A program made the translations under genes and the position numbers. 32,000 nt of DNA from Methanosphaera stadtmanae DSM 3091 (GTDB lineage: Archaea > Methanobacteriota > Methanobacteria > Methanobacteriales > Methanobacteriaceae): contig NC_007681.1 of assembly GCF_000012545.1 (NCBI RefSeq), positions 1,290,001 through 1,322,000 on the forward strand, given 5' to 3'. The first letter of the stretch is position 1. Every line of letters begins with the position of its first letter. Of this stretch, positions 1 to 10,067 are shown piece by piece. Below the pieces are notes generated by a model. It made no database searches and was not told where the DNA came from. It saw only the letters and a program-made list of their open reading frames with translations.

Positions 1-1
1 T

Positions 2-220
2 GAAATTAAAGAAGTGATATACACATACTGTACTAAAAAAATAGAATGTAATATAGCCTATAATATACAAGAAGATGCAACTAATTATATTGAAAGTTTT
101 GGATGTTCTGATTGTAAATGCATGTCTCATTTATATTATTTTAACAACTATACTGATGCTCTAAATAGTAGTATTAATTCTTATAAAAAAATAAATTATA
201 AACCATATACATGGTTTTAA
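2..220 (+). CDS. hypothetical Cys-containing protein, C-terminal fragment; the ORF is open to the left window edge
   Basis: The frame is open from nt 2: E-I-K-E precedes the GTG where the ORF track begins. About 73 stop-free codons is unlikely by chance in DNA this AT-rich. No motif recognised. Its stop overlaps the stop of the convergent cfbC. Confidence 0.3.
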   Translation, partial: EIKEVIYTYCTKKIECNIAYNIQEDATNYIESFGCSDCKCMSHLYYFNNYTDALNSSINSYKKINYKPYTWF

Positions 221-1005
221 ACATATGAATAGAAGAACTCTTCAAATTCCTCAATACCCATAGGTGTTGGTGTAGAAAATTCCTGATTATTCATAATATT
301 GTTTATAAGTTCAGAATAGATTTTTGACTGACTAGAATCAGGGAAAGTTTCAACAACTGTACTTGCCTTATATTCACTTGTCTGAACAAGTTCACATCTG
401 GGAATTATACCCATAATCTTACTTGAAATAAGTGATGCAAACTCTGTAACCACTTCCACCTCATTTTTCACATTCCTACAGTTACAAATAATACCACCAA
501 GTTTACCATTTAATTTCTTAATTCCCTTAGCAATATTATTTGCAGCATATAATGACATGTATTCTCCACTAGTTACAATATATACTTCATCAGCATAATC
601 CTCACGTAATGGTACACTAAAACCACCACATACAACATCACCTAAAACATCATATATTACTAAATCAGGATCATTATCAAATGCACCAATTTTATCAAGT
701 AGGTTCATTGCAACAATTACACCCCTACCAGCACAACCTACTCCTGGTTCAGGTCCACCAGATTCTACACATAAAGTATTATTATATCCTTCATATACAA
801 TATCTTCAAGTTCAGGTTGAGTATTATCTCTCATTGTATCAAGTATTGTTGGTATACGTTTACCTACCAATGTTCTTGTAGTATCAGCCTTAGGATCACA
901 GCCAATAACAAATGTTGAATTATCATATGCTGCAGCCATATTTGATACTGTTGTTGATTTTCCTATTCCACCCTTACCATATATTGCTATTTTTTTTAAA
1001 ACCAT
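217..1005 (-). CDS. cfbC: NifH/BchL-family ATPase, best read as the Ni-sirohydrochlorin a,c-diamide reductive cyclase component CfbC (coenzyme F430 biosynthesis)
   Basis: P-loop [11 protein letters not shown]. Both [4Fe-4S]-ligand contexts are present (GVGCAGRGV and GDVVCGGF). At 262 aa it matches the size of methanogen NifH-like proteins. No nifDK is adjacent. Confidence 0.8.
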   Translation of the reverse strand: MVLKKIAIYGKGGIGKSTTVSNMAAAYDNSTFVIGCDPKADTTRTLVGKRIPTILDTMRDNTQPELEDIVYEGYNNTLCVESGGPEPGVGCAGRGVIVAMNLLDKIGAFDNDPDLVIYDVLGDVVCGGFSVPLREDYADEVYIVTSGEYMSLYAANNIAKGIKKLNGKLGGIICNCRNVKNEVEVVTEFASLISSKIMGIIPRCELVQTSEYKASTVVETFPDSSQSKIYSELINNIMNNQEFSTPTPMGIEEFEEFFYSYV

Positions 1006-1008
1006 ATT

Positions 1009-2226
1009 TTACACATCCTTTATTTGTACTTTTTTATACACATGATCATTTTCACGAACAATACCATTTATTTTTATACCTACATCTTCTTTTGAAACTT
1101 TATCTACATTCACTCCATTAACTTGCATGGATGTTACCTTCTCTGTAATACTACCAGTTTTATTTCCCTGAATTATTATAGTATCATTTACTTCTAAATC
1201 AGACCATAACTTAATTTCAGCCACATTGATTTTCTTATAGAAATTTGTTACCTGACCAATATCCACCTTTTTATATGTTGCCTTATTATCAAAACTCGTT
1301 AATTTAGGAGTTCTATAGTAAAATCCAGTGTCGAATCCCCTGTTAAATACTGAACTTAACTCTTTTTTCCATTTTAATAATAAATCAGGTGATTTTTTCT
1401 CCCATTCACCACTTTCATATAAATCAATTGCTTGTCTATAACAGTTTGTAACTGTTGCCACATAATCTGCAGGTCTTGCTCTTCCTTCTAATTTAAATGC
1501 ATCTATTTTTGATTCTATTAAATCAGGAATATGTTCAATCATACACATATCTCTTGGACTTAGTATACGTGAATTTTCTATGGAATTGTTTTCAGGATTA
1601 GATAATATCAATTCCTTATTTTCTGTTGATTTAAGTACCCATTCCTGCCTACATGGTTGTAGACATTCTCCACAATTAGCATTTCTATCATAGAAATATG
1701 AACTTAAAAAGCACCTGCCAGATACTGCTACACACATTGCTCCATGAACAAATGTTTCAATTTCTATTGGAGATTTTCTTTTAATAGTACAAATATCCTT
1801 TAATGATAATTCTCTTGATAAAACAGCCCTTGATATTCCTAATTCCTTATATAATTTCAGTGCTTCTACATTTGTAATGTTTGCTTGAACACTTAGATGT
1901 AGAGGAATTGATGATTTATTTGCTATGTTAATCATACCCATATCTGAGATAATTAAAGCATCAACATCATATTGTTCCAGTTTATCTAATTGTTTCCCAT
2001 ATTTTTCTAATTGATTATCTGAAACTATAGTATTAGTACAAACATATAATTTTTTATTGTTATCATGACACTGAACTACTATATCTTTAATATCTCCAAT
2101 ATCAATATTTGCAACATTTGCACGCATATTATAGTCAGTAATTCCCACATATACAGAATCAGCATTGTTATTTATTGCAGCACTTACTGAACGTTTATCT
2201 CTTGCTGGTGCTAATAATTCAACCAT
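1009..2226 (-). CDS. peptidase U32 family protein, a putative Fe-S enzyme with unknown substrate
   Basis: The N-terminus MVELLAPARD...AINNNADSVYVG is typical of U32 (PrtC/YhbU/UbiU-like). Cys cluster GAMCVAVSGRCFLSSYFYDRNANCGECLQPC. Its stop lies 3 nt from the cfbC start. Confidence 0.85.
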   Translation of the reverse strand: MVELLAPARDKRSVSAAINNNADSVYVGITDYNMRANVANIDIGDIKDIVVQCHDNNKKLYVCTNTIVSDNQLEKYGKQLDKLEQYDVDALIISDMGMINIANKSSIPLHLSVQANITNVEALKLYKELGISRAVLSRELSLKDICTIKRKSPIEIETFVHGAMCVAVSGRCFLSSYFYDRNANCGECLQPCRQEWVLKSTENKELILSNPENNSIENSRILSPRDMCMIEHIPDLIESKIDAFKLEGRARPADYVATVTNCYRQAIDLYESGEWEKKSPDLLLKWKKELSSVFNRGFDTGFYYRTPKLTSFDNKATYKKVDIGQVTNFYKKINVAEIKLWSDLEVNDTIIIQGNKTGSITEKVTSMQVNGVNVDKVSKEDVGIKINGIVRENDHVYKKVQIKDV

Positions 2227-2277
2227 ATTATCAGAAACCTGTAAAAAAAGATTAAAAAAAAGATTTAAAAAAGTGAT

Positions 2278-3690
2278 TTATTCATTATCTAATAAATCAT
2301 CTGGTATAACTGTTGGATAATCCCCAGTTATACATCCTAAACATAAGTCTTCCCTTGGAGTTCCTATTGATTCTACCAGTCCCTCAATACTAATATATCC
2401 AATAGAATCAACACCAATTTCATCACATATTTCTTCAGTAGTTCTATCCACTGCAAGTAACTCTTCTTTTGTAGCCATTGCAATTCCATAGAAACAAGGA
2501 GATATTATTTCTGGACATCCTACTAGTAAATGAACTTCACTTGCTCCAGCATCACGTAACATTTTAATAATAGTTTTTGAAGTTGTACCTCTAACTACAC
2601 TATCATCAATAACTATTACACGTTTATCTTTAATTACTGAATTAAGTGTGTTCATTTTAAGTTTTACTGCAATATCCCTATCTTTTTGTGTTGGCATGAT
2701 AAATGTTCTTCCAACATACCTATTTTTAATTAAACCTTCAGCATAAGGTATTTTAGATTCACGAGCATAGGCAAGTGTAGCTGGAATTGCAGAATCTGGA
2801 ACTGCTATTACTACATCAGCATCAATTGGATATTCCTGAGCTAATCTTTTACCCACATTTAATCTAACCTCATAAACACTTTTATCAAAGATTATACTAT
2901 CTGGTCTAGCAAAATATAAATATTCAAACATGCAATTAGCAGTATGTTCTTCTTTTGGTAGGAAATAACTTGTTTCTTTTCCATTGTCTATTTCTAATAT
3001 TTCACCAGGTTCTATTGAACGAATATATGGAATATCTAAAGAATCAAAAGCAACTGTTTCTGATGCTATTACTAAAAATTCATCACTTCTACCTAAAGCC
3101 AATGGTTTCATACCTAGAGGATCTCTTACAGCATACAATACACCATTAATTAATATAACTAATGAGTATGATCCTATTAATTTAGAACATGTTTTTTGAA
3201 TTGCTAATACAACATCCCCACTTTTATTATATTCATCTATTATAAGATGACATATTACTTCAGAATCTGTTGTAGATTTAAATTCATGATTTGATTCTAA
3301 TAATTCCTTTCTTAAACTAGTAGAATTAACAATATCTCCATTATGTCCTATGGATATTATTATATTTTCTTTATGTTCTACAAATGGTGAACAGTTTTCA
3401 TGAGATGAATCTCCTGTTGTAGAGTATCTTACATGACCTATTCCAACATTACCATTTAATATATCAAGTAGATTGTTATCAAAAACATCTGAAACTAAAC
3501 CCATACCTACATGAGTATTTATTCTTCCTTCTTTTAAAACACTTATTCCTGCAGATTCTTGTCCTCTATGTTGAATAGTATACAAACCAGAGTAAATCCA
3601 AGAAGCTACATCTACTGATTCATCATAAGAGTATACACCAACAACACCACATTTATCTTGCAAATCATTTTGCACGTTTTGTCTCCCCAT
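2278..3690 (-). CDS. purF: amidophosphoribosyltransferase (glutamine-PRPP amidotransferase)
   Basis: A short propeptide is followed by the catalytic CGVVGV N-terminal nucleophile. PRPP-binding loop VIVIDDSVVRGTT. Fe-S cysteines are present (CMFEYLYFARPDS, CPEIISPCFYG). Confidence 0.95.
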   Translation of the reverse strand: MGRQNVQNDLQDKCGVVGVYSYDESVDVASWIYSGLYTIQHRGQESAGISVLKEGRINTHVGMGLVSDVFDNNLLDILNGNVGIGHVRYSTTGDSSHENCSPFVEHKENIIISIGHNGDIVNSTSLRKELLESNHEFKSTTDSEVICHLIIDEYNKSGDVVLAIQKTCSKLIGSYSLVILINGVLYAVRDPLGMKPLALGRSDEFLVIASETVAFDSLDIPYIRSIEPGEILEIDNGKETSYFLPKEEHTANCMFEYLYFARPDSIIFDKSVYEVRLNVGKRLAQEYPIDADVVIAVPDSAIPATLAYARESKIPYAEGLIKNRYVGRTFIMPTQKDRDIAVKLKMNTLNSVIKDKRVIVIDDSVVRGTTSKTIIKMLRDAGASEVHLLVGCPEIISPCFYGIAMATKEELLAVDRTTEEICDEIGVDSIGYISIEGLVESIGTPREDLCLGCITGDYPTVIPDDLLDNE

Positions 3691-3854
3691 ATTATATTAT
3701 TATATTATAAAAAAAAATTGAAGTTGAAATAATTAATTATAATATTAGATATAAATTTTAGAATACTTATATTTTAGGCAAGTTATAATAAAAATATAAG
3801 TAAAACTTTAAAAAAAAGAAACTTCTAAAAAAAGATAAAAAATAAAAAGTAGAT

Positions 3855-4409
3855 TTATTCTACAATTTTTTCTCCAACAGCTTTTACTTGAGCTAATTGA
3901 TTTTCTTTATCTTTAATTGCACCTGGAATATTATTATCAGGAACTACTGTTAATCCTTGTACATCAAATCCTAAAAATCCAAATGCTTCTACTTGTTTAT
4001 TTAAGGTTCCTTTAAATAATTCAGGATCTTCCATTCCTTGTGATACTATCATTGCAAATTTTTTTGTTCCATAGGTTTCTACAAATGGAAATTGGAAGTA
4101 TGAATATAATCTGTCAATAAATAATTTTGCTTGTGCATTTACATCAAAGAAATATACTGGTGTTGCAAGTATTACTCCATCAGCTTCTTCTATTGCTTTG
4201 TAAATTTTTTGCATATCATCATCTACTGCACATTTTCCTTCATGGGATTTACAGTAGTTATCTCCTTGACATGCTGTTATATTCATTTTATTAATATCAA
4301 ATATTTCAGTTTCTGCTCCTTTTGCTTTTGAAGCTTCGAGTGCATTTTCTAATGCAATTCTTACATTACTTCCTTCACGTGGACTTGTATTTATTCCTAT
4401 TATTTTCAT
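3855..4409 (-). CDS. NAD(P)H-dependent FMN reductase / flavodoxin-like-fold flavoprotein
   Basis: MKIIGINTSPREGSN...GVILATPVYFFDVNAQAKLFIDR matches the FMN_red/WrbA-like fold. I moved the start to the ATG at 4409, which follows a GGTGA SD (4415-4419) by 5 nt; the track start at 4418 has no SD. Confidence 0.65.
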   Translation of the reverse strand: MKIIGINTSPREGSNVRIALENALEASKAKGAETEIFDINKMNITACQGDNYCKSHEGKCAVDDDMQKIYKAIEEADGVILATPVYFFDVNAQAKLFIDRLYSYFQFPFVETYGTKKFAMIVSQGMEDPELFKGTLNKQVEAFGFLGFDVQGLTVVPDNNIPGAIKDKENQLAQVKAVGEKIVE

Positions 4410-4692
4410 ATAAATCACCTTTAAACTACAATATATAACTACTATATATATGCTATTTCACAGAATAATCCTATTATTTATAAAGGATTTTGTTCTATTA
4501 AATAAAAACTAAAAAAATAAATAGTATTTTTTGAAAAAAACAATACATTAAAAAAATAATAAAAGACTATAACCATTAAAGAATAAATTATATTGAAAAA
4601 TAATCAACAATATCCAACATAATATCCAGAATATTTTTTTTAGATATGAATATCATATATAATATATAGAAAAAAAATAAGAGGAAGATAGA

Positions 4693-5559
4693 ATGAAAGT
4701 TAATTATGAATGTGCATCATGTATGTTAAGACAATCCAGAGAAGCTATAGAACATGCAGTAGAGGCTAATGACAAACGTATGGATGTATCATTAAAAGTT
4801 CTTGAATTTATGGAAAAACACTTCAAAAAAGATTCAAATTCAAACAAGTTAGGAACAGATTTACATCATATGATTATGAAAGAAACAAAAAACAACGATC
4901 CATATAAACAATTACGTGAACAAGGAAATCAACTTGCAAAAAAATTAGTACCACCAATAGAAGACATGTTAAAAGAAAATCCTAGCTTTGAAAACTATGT
5001 TAAAATAGCTGTAGCTGGAAATATCATTGATTTTGGAGCATTAGAAGAATCTACAAACATGGAAGAATTAATTAAAGAACAACTAAAACGCCAACCTTCA
5101 ATCAATCATATAGATAAATTAGACAAAGCACTGCAAACTGCTAAAACAGTGTTATATCTAGCAGATAATTGTGGTGAAATAGTATTTGATAAACTTCTAA
5201 TTGAAAAAATAAAAGAAGATTATAATCTAGAGATTATTTTAGCTCTAAAAGAAAATCCAATACTAAATGATGCATTACTTTCTGATGCTGAAGATTTAGA
5301 ATTGGATAAATATACTAAATTAATTACAACAGGTGCTGCAAGTGTAGGTGTTGTTGAAGATTATGTTTCTGATGAATTAATTGAATTATTACATTCATGT
5401 GATGTTGTTATAAGTAAAGGTATGGGAAATTATGAGGGTTTAACAGAAATGAATATTAATAGGAGTGTATTTTTCCTACTTAATACTAAATGTCAAGCAA
5501 TATCTGATGAAATAGGTGTTGGATTAAGAAGTAGTGTAATTATTAAGAAAGATCTATAA
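4693..5559 (+). CDS. DUF89 / ARMT1-like damage-control phosphatase
   Basis: N-terminal CASCMLRQ, metal-site motif LADNCGEIVFD and KGMGNYEG are the conserved DUF89 signatures. An AGAGGAAG SD lies upstream. Confidence 0.8.
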   Translation: MKVNYECASCMLRQSREAIEHAVEANDKRMDVSLKVLEFMEKHFKKDSNSNKLGTDLHHMIMKETKNNDPYKQLREQGNQLAKKLVPPIEDMLKENPSFENYVKIAVAGNIIDFGALEESTNMEELIKEQLKRQPSINHIDKLDKALQTAKTVLYLADNCGEIVFDKLLIEKIKEDYNLEIILALKENPILNDALLSDAEDLELDKYTKLITTGAASVGVVEDYVSDELIELLHSCDVVISKGMGNYEGLTEMNINRSVFFLLNTKCQAISDEIGVGLRSSVIIKKDL

Positions 5560-5563
5560 ATAA

Positions 5564-6322
5564 CTAATTCATATACCATTGTTTATTAAATGCTAATACA
5601 TAATTAGAAATTATTGTAGAATATGTATTTAATAAACCAACTGTTTTTTTCTCAGACACTGATTTACCTACATTTTCAGTAAATACAAGCATCATTTCAT
5701 TATAATCACGTATTATAAGTTGGGCTGTAGGAATATTGATGTATTTAATATCAACAGGTAAATCATCAAGTACTTCTTCTATAGAAATAACTTCATTGTT
5801 TACTACACATGATTTTGCTGCTAGAATTTTTATAGATACTCCTTCTTCATGTAGAAATAAAATATGGTTCTTAAATTTTTCAATTTCAGATGGAAATATA
5901 AATCCTATTCTCATTAAAAGTATTTTCTTTGTTCTGGCCATAATCTCATATTGTTTTAAAACAACTCTATCCTTTGTATCATATACCTCTACTGATGTGT
6001 TAATTCTTGGAAGATTACTCTCATATATACTATTAAATGTTTCTTGAACATCGTTTATGTTGTTTATAAATTGAGTTTTAATGTTATCAAATGTTTTCTT
6101 TGGAGCGATTACTTCATATTCTATTGGATGAGTTTTTTTTATTTTAACATAACCTTTTTTTTCTAAACTTTCAAGTACTGAGTATATCTTTGATCTGGGA
6201 ACTTTTGATTTTTGACTTAATTCTCCAGCCTTTGCTGTTATTAAAGATACAAGTGCAATATAAACCTTTGATTCATAATCTGTTAATCCTAATTGTTTCA
6301 ATATATCTTTTGTTGATTTCAT
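5564..6322 (-). CDS. TrmB-family transcriptional regulator
   Basis: N-terminal winged helix LGLTDYESKVYIALVSLITAKAGELSQKSKVPRSKIYSVLESLEKKGYV, plus a TrmB-type C-terminal domain. Divergent from hcp. Confidence 0.8.
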   Translation of the reverse strand: MKSTKDILKQLGLTDYESKVYIALVSLITAKAGELSQKSKVPRSKIYSVLESLEKKGYVKIKKTHPIEYEVIAPKKTFDNIKTQFINNINDVQETFNSIYESNLPRINTSVEVYDTKDRVVLKQYEIMARTKKILLMRIGFIFPSEIEKFKNHILFLHEEGVSIKILAAKSCVVNNEVISIEEVLDDLPVDIKYINIPTAQLIIRDYNEMMLVFTENVGKSVSEKKTVGLLNTYSTIISNYVLAFNKQWYMN

Positions 6323-6453
6323 ATTTACTACCTATACTTAATATTAATTTTTTATATTAATATAAAGATACTGTTTTTTTCACTTAGAAAGTTACAAATT
6401 ATTATATGTATTTTAAAACTAACAAATTAAATAAAAAGATAATAGGTGAAAAT

Positions 6454-7752
6454 ATGAATAATAATATGTTTTGTTATCAATGTTCTCAAGCAGCAAACGG
6501 AGAAGGATGTACAATATCAGGTGTATGTGGAAAAAATGAAACACTTGCCCGATTACAAGATAATCTTATCTTCTCATTAAAAGGAATATCTGCATATGCT
6601 TACCAAATGAGAGAATTTGGAGTTACTGATGAAGAAATAAATGCTTTTTTAGAAAAAGGATTATATTCAACATTAACCAATGTAAACTTCGATATTCCAA
6701 GTTGTATTGATTTAGCAATAGAATCTGGAAATATAAATATAAAAGCTATGAGTGGACTTAAACAAGCACATATAGAAAATTATGGAGAACCTGAAGTTGC
6801 AGAAGTACTTGTTGGTGCACAGAAAGGACATGGAATTCTTGTAACTGGACATGATCTTAAGGTACTTGAAGAAGTATTAAAACAAACAGAAGGTAAAGGA
6901 ATTAATGTATACACACATAGTGAAATGTTAATAGGACATGCATATCCTAAACTTAGAAAATACAAACATCTAAAAGGTCAACTTGGTGGTCCATGGTATG
7001 ATCAAAAAGAAATCTTCAGTAAATACAACATTCCTATAATTGTAACAACAAATTGTGGATTAATTCCTGCAGATGAATATGCTAATCGTATATATACAAC
7101 AGGTATTGAACAATTACCAAATACTCCACACATCGATGATTTTGACTTTAGTGATGTAATAAAACAAGCATTAGAATTACCAGAATTAGAAGATGAAGAA
7201 AAAACAACACTTACCACAGGATTTGGAAAAACAACAGTTTTATCTCTTGCTGATAACATTAAAGAAGCTGTTCTTAGTGGAAAAATCAAACAATTCTTTG
7301 TAATGGGTGGATGTGATGTTCCATATAAATCTGAAATGGAATATTATAGAGAATTTGTAAAACAATTACCTGAAGATACAGTAATATTATGTGTTGGATG
7401 TGGAAAATACAGATTTAATGATTTAGATCTTGGAGATATAGATGGAATTCCAAGACTTATTGATTTAGGACAATGTAATGATGCTATAGTAGGTGCTGAA
7501 ATATTACTTGCATTAACAGAAGTATTTGATATGGGATTAAATGATTTACCTGTAACATTTGTATTAAGTTGGATGGAACAAAAAGCAGTGTCTATTCTTT
7601 GGAGTTTACTTGCATTAGGTCTTCAAAATATACATATTGGCCCTATACTTCCTGCATGGGTTGATGAAACAATACTTGGTGTTTTAGTTGAAAACTTCAA
7701 TCTTAAATTAATTTCAACACCAGAGGAAGATATTAAAGAAATATTAGGATAA
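6454..7752 (+). CDS. hcp: hybrid-cluster protein / hydroxylamine reductase, short archaeal class
   Basis: N-terminal C-x2-C-x8-C-x5-C ([19 protein letters not shown]) and conserved Hcp blocks ([20 protein letters not shown]). Start set at the ATG at 6454, downstream of an AGGTGA SD; the track start at 6406 adds 16 non-conserved residues. Confidence 0.85.
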   Translation: MNNNMFCYQCSQAANGEGCTISGVCGKNETLARLQDNLIFSLKGISAYAYQMREFGVTDEEINAFLEKGLYSTLTNVNFDIPSCIDLAIESGNINIKAMSGLKQAHIENYGEPEVAEVLVGAQKGHGILVTGHDLKVLEEVLKQTEGKGINVYTHSEMLIGHAYPKLRKYKHLKGQLGGPWYDQKEIFSKYNIPIIVTTNCGLIPADEYANRIYTTGIEQLPNTPHIDDFDFSDVIKQALELPELEDEEKTTLTTGFGKTTVLSLADNIKEAVLSGKIKQFFVMGGCDVPYKSEMEYYREFVKQLPEDTVILCVGCGKYRFNDLDLGDIDGIPRLIDLGQCNDAIVGAEILLALTEVFDMGLNDLPVTFVLSWMEQKAVSILWSLLALGLQNIHIGPILPAWVDETILGVLVENFNLKLISTPEEDIKEILG

Positions 7753-7770
7753 AACCTACTACTTCTTTTT

Positions 7771-8877
7771 TTATGATTTTGGATTTGTAGTTGTATTTAA
7801 TATTTTAGAAAATTCTAAATCAGCATACCACTTATTTTTACATTCACAGGAAAATTCTTCCAATTCTTGTGGTATTTCTTGTTCTAAGTTAGACTTTATT
7901 ATTAAACTTTTTAGTTTTGCATTGCATTTTTTACAATTAAATGGTCCTCTTCTCGTACCAAAACCTGCAGTATCCATAATCATAGGTATATCCACATTTT
8001 TTCGTACTTCTTTTATTATTTCTATTGTAGTCCATATCCATGGAGGATTGTATGATCCTCTCTTCCATAAATAGTCCATTAATGTTCCACCATGCACTGT
8101 TGATGGACAGTATGCTAAACGTTTTACTCCCACTTTCTTTGCATAATATGCTGATTCTATTGATTCTTCTAGTGCATCTTTTTCTGAGAGAAGTATTGGT
8201 TTTACAAGCAGGTATGCTTTTGCTCTAATATCATATTCATCTATGGAATTTATTGTGTCCACAGCTCTTTCAAATGACTTGTTTGTTATTCCCTTATTTA
8301 TTTTATTTAGGCGAGTATCTTCATTTGATGTTTCAAGACCTATACCAATTTCAAATATTTTATCTGGTATTATACTAGCTAACCATTTAAGTGAATCTTC
8401 ATCTATGTATTCAGGTTTTGATTCAACTATTACTTCTTTTATATTATCATATTTACTAAATACATTAAATATGTGTTCTTGAACTTTAACATCCACTTCA
8501 TTTTTATTTAGAAAACTTCCAGATACAAACAATTTTATAGCAACATTTTCATGGGATGTAATATCAGTTTTTTCTAATTGTTTTTTCCATTCATTATCAA
8601 ATATTTCAATTAGATTTTCATCTGAAATTTCACATAATGGTGAATCTGCAATATAACTACACATTGTACATCCACCACTTTCTGTAGCCCATTGACAACC
8701 ACTAGTTGGAAGTACTATAAAAATAGTATATCCTACACTATCATATAACCTATCCTTATTTGCCCAACTTGCAGCATATGCCTGTAATGGTTTTTTATCC
8801 TTTTTTCTATCTCTTTTATTGATTATATTCTCAATAGAATGTTCTCTTATTTGTTTATTTATAACTTGTACTTGCAT
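7771..8877 (-). CDS. radical-SAM-like protein of the archaeal TIGR01210 / RaSEA type (putative archaeosine-biosynthesis partner of ArcS)
   Basis: Cys motif SGCQWATESGGCTMCSY near residue 60, TIM-barrel-like alternation, and C-terminal CKKCNAKL...CECKNKW Cys pairs. The family assignment is from memory of the motif and was not computed. Confidence 0.5.
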   Translation of the reverse strand: MQVQVINKQIREHSIENIINKRDRKKDKKPLQAYAASWANKDRLYDSVGYTIFIVLPTSGCQWATESGGCTMCSYIADSPLCEISDENLIEIFDNEWKKQLEKTDITSHENVAIKLFVSGSFLNKNEVDVKVQEHIFNVFSKYDNIKEVIVESKPEYIDEDSLKWLASIIPDKIFEIGIGLETSNEDTRLNKINKGITNKSFERAVDTINSIDEYDIRAKAYLLVKPILLSEKDALEESIESAYYAKKVGVKRLAYCPSTVHGGTLMDYLWKRGSYNPPWIWTTIEIIKEVRKNVDIPMIMDTAGFGTRRGPFNCKKCNAKLKSLIIKSNLEQEIPQELEEFSCECKNKWYADLEFSKILNTTTNPKS

Positions 8878-8889
8878 AACACCAATCCC

Positions 8890-9858
8890 TTAATTAAATG
8901 AATTAATAATATCCTTTAATAATTTTAATGATTTAATTCTATCCTTTCCTATTGGTGAACCTACAACAAATTCATTAACACCAATATTTTGAAGAAGTTC
9001 TATTTTATTTGTTATATCCTCTGGTGTACCACATACACAGAATGCATGAATCATATCTTCAGTAATTAAATTTGATGCTCCTTTAAAATCATACTTTCCA
9101 AGACAACTTCTTATTTTATGTGCAGCTTCAATTGGAATATTATGACGATTTAGAACTATATCTGGTGCTCCACCAATAATAAAAGCTACAACTATTTTTG
9201 ACTGAGAATAGGCTTGTTGTATATTATTATCTATACTACATGATGTATATGCAGCATAATTAAATTTTGATTGAGAAATTGATGATTTGGAAAGACCCTT
9301 ATTTATTAAAGGAATTGCTATTTCAAAATCTTTAGGATTAGAAGCATTGATTAATGTTCCATCAGCAACTTCTCCCGAAGCTTCAAGCATTTTAGGACCT
9401 TGTGCTGCCATATATATAGGTATTGAATCTTGTATTTTTGATGTTCCATTAAGACATGCACCATGCTCTATTTTTCCACCATTTGTAAGTAATCTAATCG
9501 ATTGAATTGCTTCTTTAACTGTTTTAAGTGGTTTATTCCATTTTAAATTTAAAGTTTCCATTGTAGCCTTGTCACCAGGTCCAACACCTAACAATGCACG
9601 TCCATTTGATATTTCATCCAAGGTTGTTGAAGCTGCTGCAATTGTCACTGGATTACGTACATATGGATTAGAAACACCAGACCCCATTTTTATTGTACTT
9701 GTTTCATATGCTGCAATTGATAATACTTCAAAAACATCCCTATTATTATAATGATCAGTTATCCATACATTTTCAAAACCAATATTTTCAGCTAATTTAA
9801 TTAATTCTAGAATATCTTTAATTGGTTCATTAGGAAGTAGTTCTAAACTGAATTTCAT
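8890..9858 (-). CDS. mer: F420-dependent 5,10-methylenetetrahydromethanopterin reductase (or a very close LLM-family paralog)
   Basis: MKFSLELLPNEP...FENVWITDHYNNRDVFEVL...LLGVGPGDKATMETL closely tracks the conserved Mer N-terminal half. 322 aa. Confidence 0.75.
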   Translation of the reverse strand: MKFSLELLPNEPIKDILELIKLAENIGFENVWITDHYNNRDVFEVLSIAAYETSTIKMGSGVSNPYVRNPVTIAAASTTLDEISNGRALLGVGPGDKATMETLNLKWNKPLKTVKEAIQSIRLLTNGGKIEHGACLNGTSKIQDSIPIYMAAQGPKMLEASGEVADGTLINASNPKDFEIAIPLINKGLSKSSISQSKFNYAAYTSCSIDNNIQQAYSQSKIVVAFIIGGAPDIVLNRHNIPIEAAHKIRSCLGKYDFKGASNLITEDMIHAFCVCGTPEDITNKIELLQNIGVNEFVVGSPIGKDRIKSLKLLKDIINSFN

Positions 9859-10067
9859 AGTAAATCTCCAAAATTATTTATTATAATATGTAAAATTGTT
9901 TTAGTAAAAAATAATTCTTTTATTCATTTATTAATAATATAATAATAATTACATATTCATCTAGTTTAATAATATATTTTACATATGTTCTATATTTTAC
10001 TATGATTAAATTAATTATATGAAAAAAATAGTATTTTAAATATTTAAAAAAAAAATAAAAAGAGATA

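Noticed and set aside
6364-6376. The 13-nt string AAAGATACTGTTT is shared between the trmB/hcp intergenic region and the serA upstream region (27951-27963).
   Set aside because: A rough expectation for a 32-kb window at this composition is tens of chance 13-mer matches, so this is not significant alone.
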